DNA from: Octopus sinensis
Taxonomy: Eukaryota
NCBI RefSeq assembly: GCF_006345805.1
Contig: NC_043003.1
Coordinates: forward strand, 74,834,001-74,898,000
Reading direction: 5' to 3'
Length of the DNA: 64,000 bases
In this document: positions 54,468 through 64,000 of the stretch, in pieces
How positions within the stretch are numbered: the first letter of the stretch is position 1
How the letters are laid out: each line of letters starts with the position of its first letter
The notes under the pieces: model-generated
Databases searched by the model: none
What the model was told of the DNA's origin: nothing
Seen by the model: only the letters and a program-made list of their open reading frames with translations
Program-made: the position numbers and the translations under genes

Positions 54468-54716
54468 TGATTATTTATGATATCGTTTACATACACGCTA
54501 TTTACTGTACTTCTAATTATGCATTCTTCTGCCAGGTCATGATGAGCCATATTATTATCCTCTATGCGTAGGCGTTTTACATTTTTCCTCAACCTCAATC
54601 CTTAATTGTTTTCAAAGCGATTTAACTTGATTGATTGATTGATTGATTCTAGTTTCAGCTTATGAGCTGTGGCCATGCTGGGGCACCGCCATTTGGTGTT
54701 GCTACTTGGTTTCACT

Positions 54717-57700
54717 TCATGAAGGCTTTCTAGCAACTGCCATTTGGTGCATGAGAGAGTTCGATGCAGCTGCCCTCATCTGCCCCTCCTGCCGTGAAGT
54801 TGGTTCATCTGGGACACCTGACAGGAAGAGATCCAGCTTCATTTTAAAGACATCTGCATCCACCCCATGCAGGTCTCTCAGGTTCTTCGGGAGGATATTG
54901 AAGAGCTGCGGGCCTCGGAAGCCCAGGCTATCACAGAATCTTGTCCTACATCTTGATGGCAAGTTTGGAGTTCTAGGCACCACGCAGTGGCGCCCAGTTC
55001 TGGCATTTGCGTAACTCTCGATGCCAAAGTTCAGGACACTTCCCTCCAGGATCTTCCAGATGTATATTATGGCATATCTTTCCCGCCTACGCTCCAGGGA
55101 ATATAGTTTTAATCTCTTGAGTCTTTCCCAGTAGCTTACATTCTGCATAGAGGCTATCTTCTTCGTGTAGCTACGTTGGATCGCCTCGAGCTCTGTGATC
55201 AACTTGACACTGGATGGTCACCATAACTGAGAGCAGTAGTCAAAGTGGCTTAGGACAAGTGTCCTCCAGAGGACCATCAATGTTTCTTGTTCTCTTGTTC
55301 TAAAGGTTCTGGGGATCCATCCGGCCAGTCGTCAACATTTCATTGCCAATTTAGCAACATGTACACGAAAGGTCGCGTCATCACTCATGTAAATACCTAG
55401 GTCACGCACTGATTGTGCCTCTGGGATTGCCATTCCTCCGGGTCCAGTGTAATGATAGGGTATTGCATTTAGTTTTGCATGCTGATAGTATAGAGCTTGA
55501 AACTTTTCAGCATTGAACTGCATGCTATTCTTTTCGGCCCACTTGTATATTTTGTCTAGCTCACATTGCAGGTGTTTAGTGTCCTCACTGTTCTGTATTG
55601 CCTGTGAAACTTTTGTATCATCTGCATAACTTGTGATCGTGGTTCTCTGCGTGGCTGAGGGCATGTCTGAGAGGGCCATTATGAACAGTAGTGGTCCCAG
55701 AACAGTGCCCTGCGGAACACCGCTCACTATTTGCGTGTTAATGGAAATTGGCCACTACCACCTGACTTCTATCTTTCAGAAAGTCATGAAGCCATTCTCC
55801 CAGTTTTCCAACTATGTTGAGATCACGCAGTTTGTGACATATCATTCCATGATCGACTTTATCAAAGGCCTTTGCAAAGTCGAGGTATATCACTTCCACA
55901 TTTGAGTGGTTGAGCAGCCGTTTCAGCACCCAGTCATAGTGTTGTAGGAGCTGAGTTAAACAGATTCTCCCTGGTCGGAAACCATGTTGGGTCGGGCAGC
56001 AAGTCATTCTCTTCAAGGAAGGTGATCAGCTTCCTTCTGACTATTCGTTCCATGACCTTGCTGATGTGTGAGGTCAGAGAGATAGGTCTATAGTTCTTGG
56101 CTTCCGCTCTGCTACCTCCTTTATGAATGGGGAATATTTTACCTTCCTTCAGTTTTCTTGGAAGTTTGCCAGCTGCAAGGAAGCTCTGAAAGAGGAACTG
56201 CAGTGGTCTTGCTAGGACTCTCTTACATGCTTTTAGGAGGATTGCCGGGAATCCATCGGGGCCAGTAGCTGAGTCTGTTTTCATTTCATCTATAGCCTTG
56301 ATTACATCGTCTTCCTTTATATCGATGTAATCTATCGTCGCCGCCTCTGATTTTATATCTGCAGTGGTAAAAAAGTCAGTTGGATTGGTGATTTGGAGAT
56401 GCCCAAGGGGTGGAGTGAAAACACTCTTGAATTGCTCATTCAGTATTTCACTTACCCTCATTGGTTTTCCTGTAAGTGTGCCATCCTTTTCGAGGAGTGG
56501 CCCTATTCTACAGTGCACCGTAGCTGTTTATTTGGCATACCTGTAGAAAGCCCTGGGGTTAGATTTTATGTTGTCTATAGCCCAGGCTTCTTTGTCTGCT
56601 CTTTCCTTTTCATGGGAGAGTTGCAGACATTTTTCGATTTCCAACAGTTTTATCTTTAGGCGAGACTTTTCACTGCTTTCAATCTGTTTGTTTAGGCGAT
56701 TTGAAAATTTTGTACGCCGTCTCATTAAAATTTTCCTCTCTCTGGGGATTTTGTTCTTGTGTACAGTGGCCTTTCTCTCTGGGACACATTTGTAGCATAT
56801 GGCTTGCATTACAGACATGAATTGTTGAAGTTTCACGTCGATGTCTGGCGAGGAGAGACATTTAGGCCAGTTTTGTTTGAGGATCTCTTTCTCAATTTGT
56901 TTCCAGTTTGCCTTATGGTAGTTCAAGCTGGAAAGATTCTGGGGGTTTCTTGTAGGCTGCATGTCCGTGCTCTCTTTTGGCCCGTACATGGTCAGCTCTA
57001 TCATGTTGTGATCCGAGAGTAGTGTCGGTGTCACTTTCACATTATGGATGAGATCCATGTCATTTGTGAAGCAGAGATCCAGTGTGTTACCTGCCCTGGT
57101 TGGTTGGAGTATTACCTGCTCCATGTACAGGGTGTTGATGAGGTTCAGGAGGGACCTCGCCTGTCCTCGTTCACATCTTGTCATTCCTGGGAGAGAAAGG
57201 CCCTCGGGCCATCTGACATTGGGCACATTGAAGTCTCCCATAAGAAGTACACTTATGTGCTGTTCTAATGTGGTTAGAACTTCTTCCATTTTTATAAGGC
57301 AGTCTTCAAACTTGCCCACATGGCTTGGGGCATCTGGAGGGCGATATGTAGCACACACAACTACATCAAGTTGCCTAATATGTACAATTAGTGTGTCACA
57401 CACCGAGTGTGAGTATGACAAGAGGACCTGGTGTGTGAGGTCCTCACTGATGTACATAGCAACACCTCCATGACTCCTTTCTTTCCTGTCGGTCCGTAGT
57501 ACAGCATACTGTGGTATGTGTAACTCTGCATCTGCTATATCCGGTTCCAGGTGCGTTTCCGTTAGTGCTATGCATAAGGCTTGATTGCATGCAACAAAAT
57601 CTCTCAGGAACGGGATTTTTGTCCTGTTACTGAGTGTTTGCAGTCCTCTGATGTTCAGTAGGAGCATCGAGGTGAGGTGTACGTTGTTGCCGGTGGTGTC

Positions 57701-57811
57701 CATCCTGGGTCTGTTTGCTGTGGTGGTCTGGTATATAGTGGGTAGTCCCACCTGTGGGCTTGGGTTTGATGAAGCCAGGTCAGCTGCTGTACAATCTTTT
57801 GTGCCATGCAC
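54717..57811 (-). pseudogene. CR1 ORF2 (AP endonuclease + RT), split by stops and frameshifts
   Basis: LLNIRGL, ALTETHL, GGVAMYI, YRPP, MGDFN, LDLCFTND, SDHNMI; GPDG, NYRPISLTS, QHGFRPGR, YLDFAKAFDKV, SGVPQGTVLGPLLF, YADD; SLERRRER, RGPQLFN. Confidence 0.93.
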
Positions 57812-58526
57812 AAAAAAGATTGTTGCTCAGCAGCTGCCCTTTCGACAACATCATGTTGGTGGTTTGTGGCACGCACAACATCTGCGTACCTCCGCTTTGG
57901 GGCAAGTGGTGCGTGGTCCATCCCTTTTCCTTGTGTTGATGGTTTGTCCTTCTGCCTCGTGTCTCTGTGGCAGGGTCCCCGATGTGCAAATCGGCAGCCT
58001 GCACCTTCCTTTCCATGCCAGCAGGAACCTCTCAGGTAGAACCTACACACCCGTATGCGCTGTTTGTTTCCATCTTTTGCGGTTCCACTTCTATTCCTGG
58101 TTTTTTCACCCTTTGGTCCTGTTGAGCTTTTCCTTTAGCTCTTCCAGCCCTTCTTTTAGTTCTTCCTCCTCCCTCTACCTCTTCACCGGGTTCTCCGTCT
58201 CCATGGCCTTTGCTGCCGTTTGGAGAACTTGCACCTGGGTTCACTTCCCGGGCAGGTTTCTCATTCAAAACCTCCTCCCGGGCGTCCACCAGGTGGGGGT
58301 GACTTCTTTCATCGTCTCCATTCTTGCCATCTTTGCCCCGCTCGTTCTCAAAGATGGCATCAAGTGCGCCAATGTGCGACCGTATAAGCGCATATGAGCG
58401 CACGAATTCCCGTCTCTTTCGCTCCATCTGAGCCGCTGTCCTCTTGTAGCCTTTGCTCTTCAGCAACTTAATTTTGAAAGAATTTAATTCTTTTATTTGT
58501 AGTCGGATGTTCATCAGATTTATCAA
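57655..58526 (-). pseudogene. CR1 ORF1 with CCCH zinc finger (one frameshift near 58030-58135)
   Basis: Basic/coiled N-terminal part 58032-58526 and CRFYLRGSCWHGKEGAGCRFAH (C-x7-C-x8-C-x3-H) in an overlapping frame. Confidence 0.7.
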
Positions 58527-58666
58527 TATGTTGCCGGAATTTTAGTTAGAAAAAGACACGATGGATTAGATATTAGGTGACAATTATGCAATGCTAGATG
58601 GTCGTAAATGACATATAACAGACACACATACATAGTCACATAAATGTATATATGTATGTATGCATG

Positions 58667-58746
<80 letters not shown>

Positions 58747-59092
58747 AATGCGACCGCGTATGTACCGTTGGCGATTTTTTTTTCCTCCGTCTTCCCTTCT
58801 TTGGGTTTTTCCTTTTCCTATGTTTCTGACGAAAAGCTCCGCTCAAAACGTTAAGCCCCCCTTCTTTCCTTCTTTCCTGAGCGTCCAATAATACTATGCT
58901 TGTTCCAAGTCATCGTGTTGTTGTGTTTTCTCTTTGTGTTTTCATGTTTGGATTAACTATATATATATATATAGAAAATAGTAAAAAGTGAATAAACTAC
59001 AGAAGGCTTGTTTTAAAAGGTTAAAAAATATATTTGAGTCATTATGTCAGAAGAATGTTATTGAAATTTTTCACGCAGTGACATAGTTTTTG

Positions 59093-59131
59093 AAGAAATT
59101 ACCGGTTTCGTGTTAACTTTTCAAATTTCTC
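59093..59131 (-). ncRNA. Minimal type I hammerhead motif, U3-A8 core variant
   Basis: gagaaat TTGAAAA GT taac AC GAAA CCGG TA atttctt; 7-bp stem I; ~120 nt downstream of the GIY-YIG fragment ORF end on the same strand. Confidence 0.65.
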
Positions 59132-59251
59132 AAAACATCGTGTTATGCCTTCGTTATGGAGTGTAAAGAGGAGTTCCAGGTAAGGGGAGGTAATAAGTGA
59201 TTTCTTCCGGTGTAAGGTAGATAATCTCTCTATATTTCTTGTCCCATTTAT

Positions 59252-59466
59252 TTAATAGGGTGAGTTTCTCTGTATAAGAATGTTAGAGTAGTTAAGTTTG
59301 GGCTTATATTTTTCAATGAAGAATGTTTCCTTGTTTAGTCTAATTTGTGTTGGTGTTTCAATAGCACATTGATAAAATGGAAAGATTAAAAATTGTGGTA
59401 GTAGTTGCTTTGCGCATTTCTCAATATGTTCACTAAAGGGTATCATTCTGTATTCTGGGAATACAG
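59252..59466 (-). pseudogene. Poseidon-type GIY-YIG C-terminal fragment
   Basis: PEYRMIPFSEHIEKCAKQLLPQFLIFPFYQ...IRLNKETFFIEKYKPKLN aligns with 28400-28640. Confidence 0.75.
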
Positions 59467-60524
59467 AATGATACAGAATATATATATATATTATATATAT
59501 ATATATATATATACACACACATATATACGTATTCATAAACTTCTATGTATGTATACGGATAATCATATATATTTGCAAAATATATACTTTACACTATTAC
59601 AGATACACCTATAAATATACATACGTATATGTGTGTGTTTGTTTGTATATGTGTGTGAATGTATGTATGCATGTATATATCATTGGTATTATATATATAT
59701 GAATATATATGTTAACGCTCGTAAATTATATCAGTGAGAAGACGGCGTGTAAGGAAGCGGTCTATTTTGCAAGTCACCATTCGAATCAGACAAGACTGAA
59801 ATCGAATACACTATATTTTTGAAGATTGTCAGTTATGGATTTCCCTCTTCCTGTTATAGTTCACTGTCACTTATTAAACATGCTGCATTTCATTACAGAA
59901 TAATCTATCGTTGCTTAAATCACTGTATTTAGAATGCAGGTGTTTATCTATTCTATTTTGTATTCAGCTATCTCACAAGAGAGAAATTAAAAGTAAACAT
60001 TGAGGTAAATCGATTTAGAATCAAAGAAAATAAAAAAAATAACTAAAGAATTTATTTATCAGTCCCTCGTGACATACACATATATTTTAACCAGTGTACC
60101 ACTCCCACATCTCTCATTCTCACTCTCTTACTCTTTCTCTTTGTTTCACTCTCTCTCTCCCTGTTTCTCCCTCTCTTTCTCTCTCTCTCTCTCTCTGATT
60201 ACGTCTCTCAGTCGTTCTTTCACGGCACTCATCTATATTTCCTTTCCCACAGTATTCTAATCTTTCATTCCTTCCCACTCACAGGCAGACAAATACCTAT
60301 ACAGAATTCTATGACAAGTAGTCAACGATTAACCAGAAAACGTGAACAGCTGAAAACTGTAAGAAATCTAATTAAATGTTTATGCATATACTTGTATACA
60401 CACATGCATACATATAAAATTTGTATATACATATAAATATATATATATATATCCTCATATATATATATATATGCTTGTGTGTGAAAGCGCAGGGAGAGAG
60501 GGAGGCAAGATTAGATTCAGAAAC

Positions 60525-60566
<42 letters not shown>

Positions 60567-60701
60567 AGATGTACTCGCATAGCAAGTGATTTGATCTGAG
60601 ATCGTGTGCTGAAACGAAAACAATTGCAGCGTGGAAGGTGACTGTAAGCCATTTAAGAAACACACAAGAACCGTTCGATTCACTTCAACATTTAAGTTTA
60701 A

Positions 60702-60751
60702 TTTGTCAAAATATTTTCGTCGCTAAAATCCGCGACCTGTTCACTGACAAA
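60702..60751 (-). ncRNA. Minimal type I hammerhead motif, G3-C8 core variant
   Basis: tttgtca GTGAACA g GTCGC ggatttta GCGAC GAAA ATAT TT tgacaaa; perfect stem I (7 bp) and stem II (5 bp), palindromic stem III. Confidence 0.7.
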
Positions 60752-60845
60752 AATCCGTGCTGCATCTAAGAAAGTAACAGTTAGTTCGTCATATATATGT
60801 ACGTATGTATGTGTGATACACACATACATACACCTTCCACGCGGC

Positions 60846-60897
<52 letters not shown>

Positions 60898-60964
60898 TTA
60901 CCACCTCTCTCTTTATTTGTATCACATCGAAACTAACTATGATTTAATATTTTCCTCTTACGCC

Positions 60965-61016
60965 GTCTCCGATGAAGGGATATTATTAATAAATATCCTA
61001 GAAACATCTGTAAGAC
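60965..61016 (+). ncRNA. Degenerate type I hammerhead motif
   Basis: gtct CCGATGA a gggatatt-loop-aatatcct a GAAA CATCTG TA agac; U4->C and a stem III mismatch. Confidence 0.5.
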
Positions 61017-61673
61017 CTTCTATCTATAAATGCTCTAATATCTATACAGCCTTGGTTTTATATCTCATTATGCAAACATTTCTTATATATATATATAACA
61101 AACTGAGTAAAATAATTCCTTCAAACGGATGTGTTAAATATCCAATTCACTAGTACTTCACTTGCATACCATGTAAATATTGGTATAATTCTATAATAAC
61201 GATAAATTTAATATGGAGATATTGCATTGACAATCTAATAATTTATTTATATTACGATATTACATTAAATACTATGTATCTGATATATAACAACATAATA
61301 TTTTATAAATGATTATAAAATCCGTAAAACGCCAACAAATTTTTTCGACTGATAAATTTTTTCTGATATACATAATCACAGTTCCATTATATATAAGTCA
61401 CTTTAGGGGCCTTAGTTCAGAAATACGTAATTCTGTGTGAAAGGACTGCAGGATTGTAAAAATTAATTCGAATGTTTGTGTTATGAGCGTAAGCGTTAAC
61501 TATTCAATCTTACAGCTACATTATAACGGTGAATCTCTTGGACCGCGTGAATTGTCAGGAAGCTGGTGGTTCCTTCGTGTTTGAAGGTGGGGGCTTTGAA
61601 GAGACTTAGAAACCGACAGAAGAAAATTCGGCAACAGTGTGTGTGAATATGTGTATATGTGTGTGTTTGTGTA

Positions 61674-61719
<46 letters not shown>

Positions 61720-62199
61720 CGAGATGGGGCAAGAGAGAGTGAGAGTGTTTGTATGTATATGGGCAAACGAAAGAAAAATGCACTTAGCACATTTCGCAGT
61801 AGTTACATAGATTATTATTTAAAACAGTTTGATTCAGCTTGAAATAAGTGAGAAATTACTCAAAAAGCAGGAGGCAGTTGAATATTTTACGGTAAAATAT
61901 GAAGAGAAGACGAGTAACATAATGGTGGGTCTGAGTGACTATAAAGTAAGAAGGATTATGTTTCTTAGTCGCAAGAAGAAATTAGTATTCGAAGAAGATA
62001 TTTACGATAACTATATAGGAAGTTAAGTCACTGGAATGCAGATGAGCCTGATATTGTTCAGGTGTATTGGTTAAAGAAGCGGACAGGTGCCATACAATAA
62101 CAATAGAAAAAGTTCATTAACTGATCAGCTAAATTTGAAATTGGCCTGTATGTTTAACTATGCGATGAGCAACAGCCTTTGAAGGATGCTTTAAAAAAA

Positions 62200-63010
62200 G
62201 AAAACTGCGGATAATTATAGTCATATAATTATAGTCATGTGAAGGCTATTCACTGAAATAAACGTAGGGAAAATATATAGATTTCTTGATGATAAAAGAA
62301 TGCTCCGTTTTGAGCAAAAAAGTTGTAAACGAAATTGCAAGGGGAATAAAAGTAGCTATGCATAGATAATATAATGATAAGAGGTTATAAACAATGACCT
62401 GGATAAATTACTACAAAACTAGGATAAGATATCGCACTTGTGTATCATTTAATATTTGAACATTTTACAAATTGAACAGAATATAAGAGTTTTACTGTGT
62501 AAAGCGTCATGGTAAGTTAGAAGACTGAGCTCACGTTATACGCACAGTACCTAACAAGATTAAGAGTAAAGAAACGGATTTTGAAGATGAATGAGTTTTT
62601 TTTTCTGTACTTGATTCCTTTAACATCGTTACTAAAATAAAGCAAGATCGGGAGTTAAAAATCAACCATCTCTTACGCATGGGATATCGGGAGCTGCCTG
62701 ATAAGTACAATTCTCAAGTCAGATTCTTAGTGTAACTAGGATATGAACATGGAATGTGACTTTAAAATTATGGAATAATATCCCCAACAAACAAAAAAGA
62801 TACAAATATTTAGTGTTACCAGCTGCGAGATGGATTGACGATACAGTGTTTTAATACCTGATCATATTAGGAGTGAATCAAATGAATGAAGTGCTGCGAT
62901 CGAACCTAAATAGAATTAAGATTCAATTAACAAGAGATAAGCGGTTGCATATTGACGTACGGTGAAGGTATTATCAATTGAAAGTTAAATGATTTATTGA
63001 GACTGGATCT
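62200..63010 (+). mobile_element. Highly degenerate R4/Dong-like non-LTR RT remnant
   Basis: EQKSCKRNCKG (EQKGCR motif), WINYYKT*DKISH (WIDYKKAYDSVPH), KINHLL.M, DMNMEC, YGEGIIN. Confidence 0.5.
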
Positions 63011-63029
63011 AAATCACGATAATTACTCA

Positions 63030-63515
63030 CAATGCATGGAACATTCAAATCCGAGGCCGATCTACTGAAGTTGATGACCGAATCAAAGCGATAATTGAAT
63101 TTGATTGTCCTATAACTTTGCGAGAGATTGCAGAGAGGTTAAATGTAAAAGACACAATTGAAAATGATTTAAAATATCTTAGACTGGTTAAGAAGCTCGA
63201 TGATTGGGTTCCATACCAATTGAAATACATTCAATTTACACAACGAATCTATATTTGCGATACGCATCTCAAACGCAATTTAATCGATCACTTTTATAAA
63301 ACGAATCATCACTGGTGTTGCAAAATCGAGTGTTTAGAATAACGTCAATCAAAAATAATCATAGTCTAAGCGTAATGACCCAGCACAAACCACATCGAAA
63401 ACTGAATTGCATAAAGTCATGCTGTCAAGTTGGTAGGATTACAAAGGTGTTGTGTATTTTAAGCTGCTTCCTAGATGCCAAACGAAAAATTCAGATATTT
63501 ACTGTCAACAAAAGT
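63030..63515 (+). pseudogene. Mariner transposase remnant, truncated at the HERO-like element
   Basis: GRSTEVDD..LREIAERLNV..KKLDDWVPYQL..RIYICDTHLKRN..; GVVYFKLLPRCQTKNSDIYCQQ. Confidence 0.8.
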
Positions 63516-63519
63516 ATTG

Positions 63520-64000
63520 TTCGGAATATTTGCTAGACAGACGAATTATAAGATTCGTACAGCATAACGGATACGTTAATGAAGCGATTCAAAAAGCAGG
63601 AATCCCCGGAATCCCTGGGTGCATAGAACAAGCATTTTCCATCTGGGAAGCCATCACCTGTGCAAAACAAAAGAAGACAAACCTGTACATTGTTTGGCCA
63701 GATCTTGCCAATGCCTATGGATCTGTCCCGCACGCAATAATATAAACAGCGATGGACTTCTTTTGGATTCCAAAAGATGTTCAACAAATGCTCATGTTGT
63801 ACTACGACAACCTGAGGATGAGATTTACAGCAGGAAAGTCCACAATGGAGTGGCAACGGTTTGAAATAGGTATTGCAGCCGGATGCACGATATCAGTCAT
63901 CTTATTCGTGCTAGTCATGGAAATGCTACTCAGATCTACTAACTGTGAGAAAGCTGTTACAAAGACACCATTAAGGGCTTTTATGGACGATGTAACTATA
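63520..64000 (+). mobile_element. 5'-truncated HERO-like (RLE-clade) non-LTR retrotransposon RT, runs off window
   Basis: NGYVNEAIQKAGIPGIPGCIEQ..VWPDLANAYGSVPHAII*TAMDFFWIP..WQRFEIGIAAGCTISVILFVLVME..RAFMDDVT; one in-frame TAA at 63743-63745. Confidence 0.8.

Larger units (their letters stand above)
54629..58560 (-). mobile_element. Near full-length CR1-type LINE, inactivated
   Basis: ORF1, APE endonuclease, RT and C-terminal domain all present; 3' tail (AATC)n at 54629-54648. Confidence 0.93.

Noticed and set aside
61590-61625. TTGAAGA gactta GAAACCG hammerhead-like string
   Set aside because: No stem II and no stem I pairing

Overview
This is an AT-rich, microsatellite-dense eukaryotic window, most likely from an octopus or other cephalopod (inferred from the SINE families and repeat composition). 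I could not recognise any host protein-coding gene, and most ORF-track entries are microsatellite read-throughs. The window is a mosaic of mobile DNA. It holds a young, nearly intact Penelope-like element of the Naiad type (RT + C-terminal GIY-YIG, 45098-49471, one frameshift) with nested inverted terminal repeats, plus older Penelope/Poseidon-type fragments. Non-LTR elements include a near full-length CR1-type LINE with a CCCH zinc finger in ORF1 and remnants of RTE-X, Tx1, R4/Dong and HERO elements. There are also several Tc1/mariner fossils, a non-autonomous Helitron, many tRNA-derived SINEs and a 1224-bp tandem duplication. The most striking pattern is a set of type I hammerhead ribozyme motifs from several unrelated repeat families. 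The catalytic 3-8 base pair co-varies between them (C-G, G-C, U-A). One motif survives only in the inverted terminal repeat of the Naiad element, and another is fused to a tRNA-like head in a repeat that twice forms head-to-head palindromes. All family assignments come from motif recognition by eye; no database search was run, and many fossil boundaries are approximate.
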